Origin: Eledone cirrhosa | Taxonomy: Eukaryota | Length of the DNA stretch: 64,000 bases | Reading direction: 5' to 3' | Assembly (NCBI GenBank): GCA_964016885.1 | Contig: OZ024754.1 | Coordinates: 14,260,001 to 14,324,000, forward strand | Shown here: positions 1 to 13,903 of the stretch, piece after piece | Layout: each line of letters begins with the position of its first letter | Position numbering within the stretch: the first letter of the stretch is position 1 | Notes under the pieces: generated by a model | Databases searched by the model: none | Told to the model about the DNA's origin: nothing | Seen by the model: the letters and a program-made list of their open reading frames with translations, nothing else | Position numbers and translations under genes: made by a program

Positions 1-400
1 AAACTATCAAAATTAAATATACATACCAACACATATATATGCCGTCTTCAGAAATAATCTTTCTGAAGACGGCATATATATGTGTTGGTATGTATATTTA
101 ATTTTGATAGTTTGTATAATTTTGTATAATTTTGTACATGGATCTGTTGAATATGCATGCCAATTCTAACACATATATATCCTAGAAACGATCGTTAAAT
201 AATGAACTTTTTTTGTTTAATATAAGGAACTGTTTCATTGTTTTATTCATTATTTTTTTAATATTTTATCTTGACTCTGTATTCCGTTTATCTTTCACCG
301 AAAGTGATTTTTCATTGCATCTCTTCTTTCCATGATATCCGGATTACATTGAGTTCTTCATACTGATTGGACACTACCGTAAACTCTTGGTAGATTTATC

Positions 401-402
<2 letters not shown>
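1..402 (+). mobile_element. Fold-back mini-element family A with hammerhead (60-203, long stem II); second copy at about 54027-54230 on -
   Basis: 1-56 is inverted against 58-113. CTGAAGA...GAAACGATCGTT-AAATAAT. The 54082-54229 copy has an intact stem I ATTATTT/AAATAAT. Confidence 0.75.
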
Positions 403-470
<68 letters not shown>

Positions 471-473
<3 letters not shown>

Positions 474-659
474 ATGATATTAATAAATGGAAACTATATT
501 TATAAAACCTTATTTATTCTATTATATATATTTCAAGGGTATCAAAAGTTTGGTGCGCTCTCATCAGATAAAATACAAAGTTTGTTTTATAAATATTGAC
601 ATATCCAGGAAGGAGATCTTAACGGTTCAAATTTTTCCTGGATATCCATTTTGCTTATA

Positions 660-660
<1 letters not shown>
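471..660 (-). mobile_element. Mini-element family B with hammerhead (515-575 on -)
   Basis: Reverse complement reads TATTTTAT-CTGATGA-stem II-GAAA-TATATA-TA-ATAGAATA. Flanked by (TA)n. Confidence 0.7.
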
Positions 661-697
<37 letters not shown>

Positions 698-702
<5 letters not shown>

Positions 703-3527
703 TTAGAAACACACAGATACATGCGGACACACACATATATACATGAATGCATCCGCACCCAACTGTGAGTTAAGGGTGCCAACTTCACCGATGTTGCTCA
801 ATGAATGACTGGGACAGACCAATTCAGTTTGAACCAGACTGAACCAGTATCAGAGTTAAAAATACATTATGAAGAGAGAAGAAACATTTAGATATAATTA
901 GTAATAAAATGTATCATACCTAAACTGTTCCTAAATTCCTCGACTACGTAGTTTCGTGGCATAAACAAAAACAATATATCAAAGATATAGAGTCCTTGCG
1001 AGGTCTGCCGACTTATCAAGAGGATACCTCATTTTACTAGTCTCAAGAACGCGTCTACACGACGTGAGAAAGAATCCCAAAAGGCGGAGGGGGAGATAGT
1101 CACGCGATATAACGGTCGAGAAACAGAGCTAAGCCTCTTATAACCACGAAAAAAATACCACGGAGGCGGAGGGGGTATTCATATCGAGGCCGTAGAAGAG
1201 GTAGTGAAGAAGGCGAGAAGTATGAGTAATGGAAGCTTTCCAGTTGTCCCCACACTTCAAAGATTTCTCGACCAGATGCATTCATGTATATATGTGTGTG
1301 TCCGCATGTATCTGTGTGTTTCTAAATGTATTAATAACTCCCTCTGGTCGAGAAATCTTTGAAGTGTGGGGACAACTGGAAAGCTTCCATTACTCATACT
1401 TCTCGCCTTCTTCACTACCTCTTCTACGGCCTCGATATGAATACCCCCTCCGCCTCCGTGGTATTTTTTTCGTGGTTATAAGAGGCTTAGCTCTGTTTCT
1501 CGACCGTTATATCGCGTGACTATCTCCCCCTCCGCCTTTTGGGATTCTTTCTCACGTCGTGTAGACGCGTTCTTGAGACTAGTAAAATGAGGTATCCTCT
1601 TGATAAGTCGGCAGACCTCGCAAGGACTCTATATCTTTGATATATTGTTTTTGTTTATGCCACGAAACTACGTAGTCGAGGAATTTAGGAACAGTTTAGG
1701 TATGATACATTTTATTACTAATTATATCTAAATGTTTCTTCTCTCTTCATAATGTATTTTTAACTCTGATACTGGTTCAGTCTGGTTCAAACTGAATTGG
1801 TCTGTCCCAGTCATTCATTGAGCAACATCGGTGAAGTTGGCACCCTTAACTCACAGTTGGGTGCGGATGCATTCATGTATATATGTGTGTGTCCGCATGT
1901 ATCTGTGTGTTTCTAAATGTATTAATAACTCCCTCTGGTCGAGAAATCTTTGAAGTGTGGGGACAACTGGAAAGCTTCCATTACTCATACTTCTCGCCTT
2001 CTTCACTACCTCTTCTACGGCCTCGATATGAATACCCCCTCCGCCTCCGTGGTATTTTTTTCGTGGTTATAAGAGGCTTAGCTCTGTTTCTCGACCGTTA
2101 TATCGCGTGACTATCTCCCCCTCCGCCTTTTGGGATTCTTTCTCACGTCGTGTAGACGCGTTCTTGAGACTAGTAAAATGAGGTATCCTCTTGATAAGTC
2201 GGCAGACCTCGCAAGGACTCTATATCTTTGATATATTGTTTTTGTTTATGCCACGAAACTACGTAGTCGAGGAATTTAGGAACAGTTTAGGTATGATACA
2301 TTTTATTACTAATTATATCTAAATGTTTCTTCTCTCTTCATAATGTATTTTTAACTCTGATACTGGTTCAGTCTGGTTCAAACTGAATTGGTCTGTCCCA
2401 GTCATTCATTGAGCAACATCGGTGAAGTTGGCACCCTTAACTCACAGTTGGGTGCGGATGCATTCATGTATATATGTGTGTGTCCGCATGTATCTGTGTG
2501 TTTCTAAATGTATTAATAACTCCCTCTGGTCGAGAAATCTTTGAAGTGTGGGGACAACTGGAAAGCTTCCATTACTCATACTTCTCGCCTTCTTCACTAC
2601 CTCTTCTACGGCCTCGATATGAATACCCCCTCCGCCTCCGTGGTATTTTTTTCGTGGTTATAAGAGGCTTAGCTCTGTTTCTCGACCGTTATATCGCGTG
2701 ACTATCTCCCCCTCCGCCTTTTGGGATTCTTTCTCACGTCGTGTAGACGCGTTCTTGAGACTAGTAAAATGAGGTATCCTCTTGATAAGTCGGCAGACCT
2801 CGCAAGGACTCTATATCTTTGATATATTGTTTTTGTTTATGCCACGAAACTACGTAGTCGAGGAATTTAGGAACAGTTTAGGTATGATACATTTTATTAC
2901 TAATTATATCTAAATGTTTCTTCTCTCTTCATAATGTATTTTTAACTCTGATACTGGTTCAGTCTGGTTCAAACTGAATTGGTCTGTCCCAGTCATTCAT
3001 TGAGCAACATCGGTGAAGTTGGCACCCTTAACTCACAGTTGGGTGCGGATGCATTCATGTATATATGTGTGTGTCCGCATGTATCTGTGTGTTTCTAAAT
3101 GTATTAATAACTCCCTCTGGTCGAGAAATCTTTGAAGTGTGGGGACAACTGGAAAGCTTCCATTACTCATACTTCTCGCCTTCTTCACTACCTCTTCTAC
3201 GGCCTCGATATGAATACCCCCTCCGCCTCCGTGGTATTTTTTTCGTGGTTATAAGAGGCTTAGCTCTGTTTCTCGACCGTTATATCGCGTGACTATCTCC
3301 CCCTCCGCCTTTTGGGATTCTTTCTCACGTCGTGTAGACGCGTTCTTGAGACTAGTAAAATGAGGTATCCTCTTGATAAGTCGGCAGACCTCGCAAGGAC
3401 TCTATATCTTTGATATATTGTTTTTGTTTATGCCACGAAACTACGTAGTCGAGGAATTTAGGAACAGTTTAGGTATGATACATTTTATTACTAATTATAT
3501 CTAAATGTTTCTTCTCTCTTCATAATG

Positions 3528-3530
<3 letters not shown>
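698..3530 (+). mobile_element. 591-bp tandem array (about 3.8 units, 1275-3530) preceded by one inverted unit (698-1276); retrozyme-like, one hammerhead per unit
   Basis: Identical ORFs recur at 1883, 2474 and 3065 (period 591). 698-1276 is the reverse complement of the unit. Flanked by (TA)n on both sides. Confidence 0.9.
1595..1682 (+). ncRNA. Type I hammerhead ribozyme, U3-A8 core variant (also 2186-2273, 2777-2864, 3368-3455 on +; 937-1024 on -)
   Basis: TCCTC-TTGATAA-GTCGGCA...TGCCAC-GAAAC-TACGTA-GTC-GAGGA. Stem I TCCTC/GAGGA, palindromic stem III ACTACGTAGT, GUC cleavage triplet. Confidence 0.85.
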
Positions 3531-3574
<44 letters not shown>

Positions 3575-3575
3575 T

Positions 3576-3888
<313 letters not shown>

Positions 3889-3944
3889 TATATATATATA
3901 TATATATATAAATGAAAGGTATAGAAAACATTGTAGCAAAAAGC

Positions 3945-4006
<62 letters not shown>

Positions 4007-4371
4007 GTTATAATATTGCCAGAAATAATAACAGAACACACTCACTGTTTGGTTGCTTTTCGCTTCTGTATCTTTTATATCTCCATAGTTAATTTATTTG
4101 GCAATCAACGTTTATCATTAACTGACCAATGGTTAAAAATACAGATATAAATATATATATATATATATAGTAATAATAATAAAATTGAAGACTATCATCC
4201 AAAGAGGGCTCGATAAGGAAAATATATATCAAATATATAAGAACCTCCTCCGGTTGCAACGTTTTTTGAAATATCCACTTCTGCGTTTACAGATTGACTT
4301 TGTTAGTTTCAGAAGATCCCGTTAAGGGTGAAAGCAGCGATTCTTTGCTTAAACTTTAATCTGTTATTTTA

Positions 4372-4410
<39 letters not shown>

Positions 4411-4496
4411 ATCAAAGTTCTTTCGTTGCACATCTGCAACATCATCAGTTTTACTATTATGTTCCCTCCTATTGTACACACACTACATATAAACTA

Positions 4497-4690
4497 TAAT
4501 TGTTTCTACTTTTTGGCACAAGACCAACAATTACCCAGTACATTACTGGTACTTTATTTTATCGACCCCGTAAGGATGAAAGGCAAAGTTAACCTCGGCG
4601 GAATTTGAACTCAGAATGGCAAGGGCCGTAACTCTATCCGTCAAAGCATATGGCGTCCGACCCTCTACCGATACTGCCAATCCACCGCCC
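4497..4690 (-). mobile_element. tRNA-derived SINE (octopus OK-like)
   Basis: Reverse complement has A-box-like TGGCAGTATCGG, B-box GAGTTCAAATTCC and body TTTGCCTTTCATCCTTACGGGGTCGATAAAATAAAGTACCAG. Many copies in the window. Confidence 0.8.
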
Positions 4691-4907
4691 TTACATATGA
4701 ACTATAATGATTTCCAGAAGACAGTCGATGAGCGGGAATCGTCCATGTGCTTGTTCCTTCCGGGTTTTCTGTTTCCTGTAGATAATTTTCATTTTACACA
4801 CACACCACACACACACACACCACATACACACACACGCACACACATATATATACATACATAATGCATTCACACACACACACACATATGTATATATGTGTGT
4901 GTGAATG

Positions 4908-5190
4908 ATGGACTTTGGCATAATGGTTAATGTGTTTGATTCTCGGTGGTACTTTGTAGCCTTGAAGAAGTTACTTCCTGTTACCTTACTCCAGTCCTCA
5001 CTGGGGGCAAACATGTAATTGAAAGGGCTAGCCTTGTCACTCAGTGTCAGGCTGAATTCTCTCCGAGAACTACGTTACGGGTGTAGACATCGGCAGAATG
5101 CTCTGCCACTTGCGCGTTAATTTCACCAACAGACTGTTCCGTTGATCGGACAGCTTGACAAACTCGTCGTAAACGGAAGGCACACCCCCC
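4908..5190 (+). mobile_element. Degenerate tRNA-derived SINE (OR-like)
   Basis: TGGCATAATGGTTAA A-box-like head, followed by a tail resembling octopus SINE tails as I remember them. Confidence 0.5.
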
Positions 5191-5249
5191 ACCTCTCTCT
5201 CTCTCTCACACACACTGGTTATATACTTATACATGTATACATACATACT

Positions 5250-5281
<32 letters not shown>

Positions 5282-5291
5282 CACATATAAA

Positions 5292-5745
<454 letters not shown>

Positions 5746-5746
5746 G

Positions 5747-5811
<65 letters not shown>

Positions 5812-5815
<4 letters not shown>

Positions 5816-6199
5816 CGATATTAACAAATGGAAACTATATTTACAAAACCATATTTATTTCATTATAAATATTTCAAGGACACCAAGTTAAATTATGGTG
5901 TGCTTTCATCAGTAATGGTCGCATTCTATCCGGGAGATTCCAACAGTAATGGTCGCATTCTTTAAGGGTATGTCAATATTTATTTATAAAACTGCTCTAT
6001 ATTATATTTTATCTGATGAAAGCACACCATAATTTAACTTGGTGTCCTTGAAATATGTATAATGAAATAAATATGGTTTTATAAATATAGTTTCCATTTG
6101 TTAATATCGTATTTTTACTCCAATAATTTGTTGAGTGCTTTATATCAGTTATAAAAATATTTGCTTGTTGTATCCCAACAATTTAAATAGAACTTCTAC

Positions 6200-6200
<1 letters not shown>
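5812..6200 (+). mobile_element. Family B fold-back element; hammerhead at 6005-6069 on +; inverted arm 5812-5911 ends exactly at CTGATGA
   Basis: TATTTTAT-CTGATGA-AAGCACACCA..TGGTGTCCTT-GAAA-TATGTA-TA-ATGAAATA. Confidence 0.8.
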
Positions 6201-6280
<80 letters not shown>

Positions 6281-6419
6281 CATTATATATATATGTACAC
6301 ACATATATACATTATATATCTATATATATATATATACACACACACTCACATATATACACATATATATGTATACACACACACACAGACACACACATATATA
6401 TATGTACACACTTATATAC

Positions 6420-6480
<61 letters not shown>

Positions 6481-6641
6481 TCACATATATACACATATAT
6501 ATATATATATGTAAACACATATATACATTATATATCTATATATATATATATATACACACACACACTCACATATATACACATATATATGTATACACACAGA
6601 CACACACAGACACACACACATATGTACACACATATATACAT

Positions 6642-6677
<36 letters not shown>

Positions 6678-6758
6678 TACACAGACACACACACATATAT
6701 ATGTACACACATATATACATATATATGTACACACATTATATATATATATATATATATA

Positions 6759-7168
6759 TGGTGGCTGCCAACTCGTTTTCGAATACGGCCACTACTTTAT
6801 ATCCATGTAGGAGAACCCCTACCGATGCGTTGAACGAGTGTGACTTTTTAGTCCAGCCAGCGACTTGAAAACTCTGGTACAAACACTACACTTGTGACAA
6901 TTATTGACACATAGTGCTGGGCCCATGGTACCATGTGACGACAAGTGCAGAGAGATCTCCAGATATAAAGTAATGCCTGTGCCGTGAAGCTTTTATAGTG
7001 AGCAAAGGCAATGCACAAAGCCAGTCCCACTCTCTTAACCAAGATGATATTTACCAAAAAGAAGAACGAGTCAACATCATTGGATACCATCAGAGTTGCA
7101 GGTGTTATATCAGAGTTTTCCTTCTCCTAGAATTCTGCCTTGACAAAGGCTAAGGGGTCATCTCTCCC

Positions 7169-7169
<1 letters not shown>
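6759..7169 (-). mobile_element. Non-autonomous retroposon family E, 5'-truncated copy
   Basis: Nearly identical to 51196-51803, 25901-26186 and 27722-28164. Copies share one end (GGCAGCCACCA plus microsatellite) and vary at the other. Confidence 0.75.
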
Positions 7170-7221
<52 letters not shown>

Positions 7222-7300
7222 CACATATATACACATATATATGTATATATACACACACACAGACACACACACATATATATATATGTACACACATATATAC

Positions 7301-7352
<52 letters not shown>

Positions 7353-7413
7353 TATATACACATATATATGTATATACACACACACACACATATATGTACA
7401 CACATATATACAT

Positions 7414-7445
<32 letters not shown>

Positions 7446-7786
7446 CACATATATACACATATATATGTATATACACACACAGACACACACATATATATAT
7501 ATGTACACTTATCGAAATTTTGCCTAAATATTTATGTATGCATTTATGTGTAGGTATAGCTGGTCCCATCCATCTGCCAACATATCAATTATTTAACCAA
7601 TCTATCTCTCTCTTCATCTTATCACTTGCCTCTTCTGTTTATAGTAAAAAGAGTGTACATGTCTCCCCTCACCCCCTCTCTCTCTATATATATATGTATA
7701 TCTATCTATCTATCTATCTATCTATTTATCTATCTATCTCTCTCTCTCTCTCTCTATCTCTTTATCTATCTACCCATCTCTCTCTA

Positions 7787-7824
<38 letters not shown>

Positions 7825-7832
7825 CCTACCCA

Positions 7833-7863
<31 letters not shown>

Positions 7864-7884
7864 ATCTATTTATCTATCTACCCA

Positions 7885-7938
<54 letters not shown>

Positions 7939-8022
7939 CCCATCTCTCTCCCTCTTTCTCTCTCTCTCTATCTATCTACCCATCTCTCTCTCTATATATC
8001 TATCTATCTATCTACCTACCCA

Positions 8023-8073
<51 letters not shown>

Positions 8074-8124
8074 CTACCTACCAATCTCTCTCTCTTTCTC
8101 TCTCTCTCTCTCTATCTATCTACC

Positions 8125-8173
<49 letters not shown>

Positions 8174-8208
8174 CTACCTACCCATATCTCTCTCTTTCTC
8201 TCTCTCTG

Positions 8209-8242
<34 letters not shown>

Positions 8243-8247
8243 TATAT

Positions 8248-8279
<32 letters not shown>

Positions 8280-8628
8280 CTCTACATACTATGTGATATA
8301 GCCCTATATTGTACGCTATGTTATTGTACATCTTAACAATACCATCTGGTACATACTTTGTGCTTGTTAACAGTTGAGATAAACAGTTTAGAGTCTTCTG
8401 TAGACAGTGAATTCCATGTAAATATTAACTGTATTAGCGGGAGAAAGACATTGTGTGGAGAGAGAGAGAGGGGTCGTTTCATCGAAGACCTAAATGTGTA
8501 AGTGTAAATTGCATTAAATGCTACCCCCAGTTCCTGACGTGATTCAGGCCTTATACGCATACCCACTCGTAGTTTGGACACACACATTCTCAAGACAATA
8601 GCCACACATTCACAATGAAAGGTATACA

Positions 8629-8760
<132 letters not shown>

Positions 8761-8811
8761 CACATAAACACACACACACAGATACAAACACACACATACA
8801 CACACACGCGC

Positions 8812-8856
<45 letters not shown>

Positions 8857-9400
8857 CACTGCTTGTACAGATGCCACCATCACAGATCTTGGGGAATATC
8901 TTCCATCTTACGAATTCCGTTTTGGCACTATACATTTACAATGACCTTTTGTGTAAACTATATAACATTATAACAGCCGTGTCCCAACGATAAACCCAGG
9001 AATTTAGCTTTTAGTTTTTGGTCTTTTTTTAGCAGAATAAATAATGTGTGTTAGTCCAGAGCAGGTGTTGACCTTTCATAGGACATATATGTCCCTAAAT
9101 ATGAAGGATTTTTTCTTTATCCCTTTAATATGAGGAAGAATCGTACAAAGACAACAATGCTGAAACCGAAACCAGAGATTTAACATTTATAGACATAATC
9201 GAAAGAGTATGCCACTTAAAGGCAATGGTCTATATTGGACTTATGTTCTATGGTATGGTGTAGTATGGTCCAGCAACTCCTGATGGAGTCGAAGGGGGCG
9301 CCGTATTGACATACGGCATTTTGGAAGGGATTTAAGCCTGGCGGAGCCCATCCCTCTCCAGGCATGAGTAGAGCAGATTTCTTCCAGAGAAAGATTGAAA

Positions 9401-9465
<65 letters not shown>

Positions 9466-10115
9466 GAGAGAGATAGAGATAGAGAGAGAGAGAGAACAAG
9501 ATATAGACGAAGAATCGGCCCCAGTACCAGACTGGCACTTTTTTATCGACTTCGAAAGGATGAAAGGCAAAGTTGAGCTTGGTGAGACTTGAACTGGGAG
9601 ATCAGCGAGCCAGTACGAATAATAGCAGAAAACACTCGAGCCGACGTTCTAACAAATTGGCCGCCTTTATGTTCTATAACATGATTAAATATCATTAAAT
9701 ATCGATTCCTACTTTTAACACAAGGGCAGAAATCTTTGATGGTGGTGGTGGTGGTTGTGGGTGGGAGGTAGTCAAATATATCGATCCCAGTAATTGAATG
9801 GAACTTTTATCGACGCTAGAAAGAAAGGATGAAGGGAAAAGTTGACCTCAGCAGGATTTGAAAATTGAATCACTTTTGTGACACAAAAACATAAACCGTG
9901 CAGTACACCTTTAATCACCCGGGAGGTGTGATGTTTATTATATGTATATATATATTTTTTTATTATAAAAACTTAGACCACTGAGCGTGTGCGCATAAAC
10001 GCACCTGCACCGTGTCTTATTTATGACAGTATTGTATAAGCTCAATGTACAAGAACAGAGCCGTTATATGTAAAAGAAATCAAAGAACGCCTACATACTC
10101 ATACAATTTTTATTT

Positions 10116-10160
10116 GCTAACAATGTTTCATCCATACCATTGGGCAGGATTCATCAGAGC
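10116..10160 (-). ncRNA. Minimal hammerhead ribozyme
   Basis: GCT-CTGATGA-ATCC..GGAT-GAAA-CATTG-TT-AGC. Stem I is only 3 bp. Confidence 0.7.
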
Positions 10161-11130
10161 TTTAAAAATAAAATTATAATGATGAGAATAGGCTCTACCG
10201 AGCTTCGTCACATGAACATTAGAAATACAATAGAGGGCAACAAGAGGGAGATCGTGAATGGCGAGTATGGAGAGAGTGCATAGTGGGGTAGTTATTCAGC
10301 ACTACAGCTAAATGCTATGGTACAGGCAGATTTTTTCAAGATGCAGAAGCACATGAGGGCACACAAAAGCAAAAAATATAAACAATAGTTAAAATATATA
10401 ATAATAAAGTAAAAGGAAAATAATAATATAAAGAGACAAAAAAATTTTAAAAAAGAAAAAAGAAAAAGTTTTTAAAGCACACAAAAAACAGTAGAAGCTA
10501 TGCGTTGGTCAATATATATAACAAGTGATTTAGTTCTCCATAACTTAGAGTTATAGAAATATTAAAAGGGTCCCAAGGTACCGCCAGAAAGCCCAAATGG
10601 GATTTTATTCCTCCCCATAGTATACATAATCAAGGTATACTAGTAGGTTACAGAATTATGTGGACCAGGGGTGCTATACTTGTATATATACATGCACCAC
10701 ATCAATAAATAAATACAGGCCAAACACAAGCAAAGCAGGGTTAATGCATGATCAGGCTAAAGCAAATGACATATCAAAAATGGTTAAGTTCCTGAAAAAA
10801 CACACATCTGGCGAGGAGTCACAACATATTCATATCTACCGAAGAGGTTATAAAGATAGTGGATTATCCGTAGATAGTAATATGGTCCAGAGTTTATACC
10901 CCCCGCCCCTAAAGTCCTTAAAGTTCAAACCAGTCGGATTTAAACGATCACCAAAACAAAACATCACATATAGTAACACGCGATACAGGTTGAATGCAGG
11001 CATAAAAAAATCCCCACGTGTTCAAAATCCCAGATCGTGAGGCAAAATGTGTCCGAGTCGCAGCTCCGGATTCTGTACAACCAAATTCACCACACCTAAT
11101 CCCTAATCCAGCCGCAATACATCAAGATAA

Positions 11131-11310
11131 TTGTTTCTACTTTAGGCACAAGGCCAGCAATTATCCAGTGCATTACTGGTACTTTATTTTATCGACCCCG
11201 TAAGGATGAAAGGCAAAGTCAACCTCAGCGGGATTTGAACTCAGATCGAAAAGGGACGTAACTATGCTGGAAAGCATGGCGTCCGACCCTCTACCGATAC
11301 TGCCAATCCA
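11131..11310 (-). mobile_element. OK-like SINE with target-site duplication CAAGATAAT
   Basis: Direct repeats at 11123-11131 and 11311-11319. Confidence 0.85.
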
Positions 11311-12716
11311 CAAGATAATGCCAGGTTAAGCGTAGCAGTAATTCACTGTGGGCCAATACAGCACGTGGACTAACAATCTATACAAAATAGAAAATAACAC
11401 AAAGTGCTCAAATCAGTAAATCCACCAGGTACCCCAATATGTCTATTAGGTGGGGTCATATCCAAGGCATATAAAAATTATCTAAGACAGCTTACGCGGA
11501 GATTTAGGAATTCTGCTCCATCAAAAATAAACACACGCTACTTCATTCTTCACCACTATGTGCATAAACACATCAATAAATGACGTAAAAGGCAGACACA
11601 CGTTACGTCATTCTTCACCGCTACGGGTATATACACATCAATTCATGACGTAGCATTTACATACGGAGTGTTACTCCCTCCAATCACCAAGTGACGACGT
11701 TACAGTGGTAAAGAAAGGGGAGACTAATCTAATGTGTTAACTAGAAGGCTATTTAATTCGAACTGTCACCAGAAATTTAAATTTAATCACCAACTAAATA
11801 ATCGTACTAATTCAACAATATTTGTACCAAAAAGACTATATTATTATTAATTATTAATGGACCTCCAGGATATTCAAGTGTGTCATACTAAAGACTATTG
11901 AATCGTTGTTATCTTATGATATGACAATAAGCCCAGGGATAGCTTTACTAATTCTAATATGGGGGAGTGTAGTTAAACAGATAGTATAAAAAATAGTATA
12001 AAAATAGGTTCTATGGTAAAGGGAACTCTAATTATCCCAAGGTGCAAGCACCGTGTCTCCAACCCCGGCACGAGCCACATAAATACCAATGGGGAGCGGG
12101 CAGTATACTTAAGTCCCGTCATAGGGAGGGCCAAACTATAGAACTAGATACGCCCAAATGGGTCTGTGGGACTAAGCCAATGGGGTTAGTAGTAGAATTA
12201 CCCTCCTCGTAATGGCAATGTGCTGCCATATATGATACAGCATCATTCGCCATACACTTGGGACAATATTTAGGACGTTATGCCAACGATCAGGGACCAA
12301 AAGCTAAACGAAATAAAAATAAACACATAAGAATCCAAAGCCCAAGTTGGGGCAAGGCGTACACTCATACACACCAATAACCCTCGAGTTGGGGGCTGAT
12401 GGGTTGTGTCATTACCCGTCCACGGTGGCTGGTGGCTATAGGGAAGCTACGAAATGATGAAAGTCCGATGGTGGTCACCCCTGAGAATCTAGACATTCAC
12501 AACTTGGCTCGGGCAAACCGGAGATCAACCGATCATCATGCAACATGCAAATGCAATGGAACAGAAGGCCCCATTGTCATACAAACCTACAAACTGAGGA
12601 AGGTCCACAGGAGAGGAAGGTAGTTGGTTAAGGTATTAGGAATAATGATGCGGAAATTTAAGAAAGTGCTACAGGGGTACTTAATGGGGGGGGGGGGAGT
12701 TAACCCTCAGCAAATC

Positions 12717-13520
12717 TAAGTAATTGGCTTAAAGTGGTAAAAGGAATTAAGGTTCCTGTGTATACAAGAAGAAAATATCTCAGATTTCCTATTAAGCAGG
12801 TTACATCTAGAGTATATTAGGGCGTGAGATTCTAGAAGGCATAGGTTACAAGTTTTGCTCGGGGGGGCAGTAGGGCGTAGATTTAGTCACCAATCTCCAA
12901 ATAAGGGTATAATCGATACTATCATCTTTTTTTAAATGAACATATTTAGCTAGGGAGGTGGCATTCTTGAGCCTATCGTTTCTAAATGTATATTTGTGGG
13001 AGTTGTATCTAGTCTTAAATGAGGTAGAAGTAGAGCCCGCATATGTTTTGGTGGAGGTTGCAGTTACAACATCAAATGCATAAACTATGTTTTTCACGAG
13101 GCAATTGCGCTTCAAAGGGCAATTTACATTCCGTCTACAATTACAATTTCGGTGTATGTTGTTCCTGTCCCGGGAGGGCCTGTTGGTAAGACCTTCCCGA
13201 TATGGTATATATTCTTCAGAAGTGTTGCTACCAAACCCAGGCACCTCATTTCCCAATGTGTTAGGTTGTTGGTGGTCAATTATAGATTTGATTGTGTCGA
13301 ACCCTGCTTTAATTTTCCTATTATTAGTGCGTGCTAGGTGGTAGGCCAAGTTTGGGGTAGTGGAGTAAGATAATTTAATAGTATTTTTATTAAATATACT
13401 ATGGTATCTATTGCCAGGTGGGAAATTCTTTTCTAGGATTAAGAAGAAGGATTTGGGTATGTTGGTTAAGACATCCGAGTTGTAGGGTGGGTTAAAGTAT
13501 GTGTTCAGTCTTCTTCTATT
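12717..13520 (-). pseudogene. PLE RT C-terminal/linker region and GIY-YIG endonuclease, with one frameshift near 12850
   Basis: Translates as YFNPPYNSDVLTNI...IFNKNTIKLSYS...CNCRRNVNCPL..CLVKNIVY...YAGST...FKTRYNSH...W; after the frameshift CNLCLLE...LLNRKSEIFSSCIH. Confidence 0.85.
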
Positions 13521-13903
13521 TTTTCTATTTTTTTCTATTATTCCCCACAGGAGTCAGGTTAAAGTTAGAACTACCAATACACCTACCGCCGTCAATATTA
13601 TTTCCGCGATATACTTGCTGTGAAACTCTCGCATTACTTAGGTCATTACTCCCATACAAACTACGATGTTTATATACTCTAGATCTGATCATACCGCTAT
13701 TATTGCCAACAGTAGGAATATGGGGAGGATGTACAACAGGGCCATTCCGTCTGGGCCGGGCCAAACCAATCACCGTAGGGGTCTTATCCCTACTCCTATT
13801 ACTATTACTATTATTATTCCCAGACATATTGTGCGTAATTATATTATTAGGTCCAGCATGGTGGATTGGGAGCTAGTAGGTATGTGAAATAGTTTACAAT
13901 GAT

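Larger units (their letters stand above)
9960..13900 (-). mobile_element. 5'-truncated Penelope-like element (Naiad-like): linker, GIY-YIG endonuclease, long 3' non-coding region, terminal hammerhead
   Basis: Endonuclease remnant at 12717-13520 and HHR at 10116-10160 on the same strand, followed by AATAAA. That the intervening 2.5 kb belongs to the element is inferred. Confidence 0.6.

Noticed and set aside
1883-2110. 75-aa ORF in the 591-bp unit
   Set aside because: No recognisable motif, starts in a microsatellite-like stretch, and recurs only because the unit repeats.
4305-4345. HHR-like CAGAAGA-TCCC..GGGT-GAAAGC (also about 38140-38180 on -)
   Set aside because: U4 is changed in both copies, and there is no UH site or stem I; at best a decayed ribozyme.
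12717-13349. Selenocysteine recoding in the Naiad-like endonuclease
   Set aside because: The conserved Cys positions use TGT/TGC; no in-frame TGA is seen.
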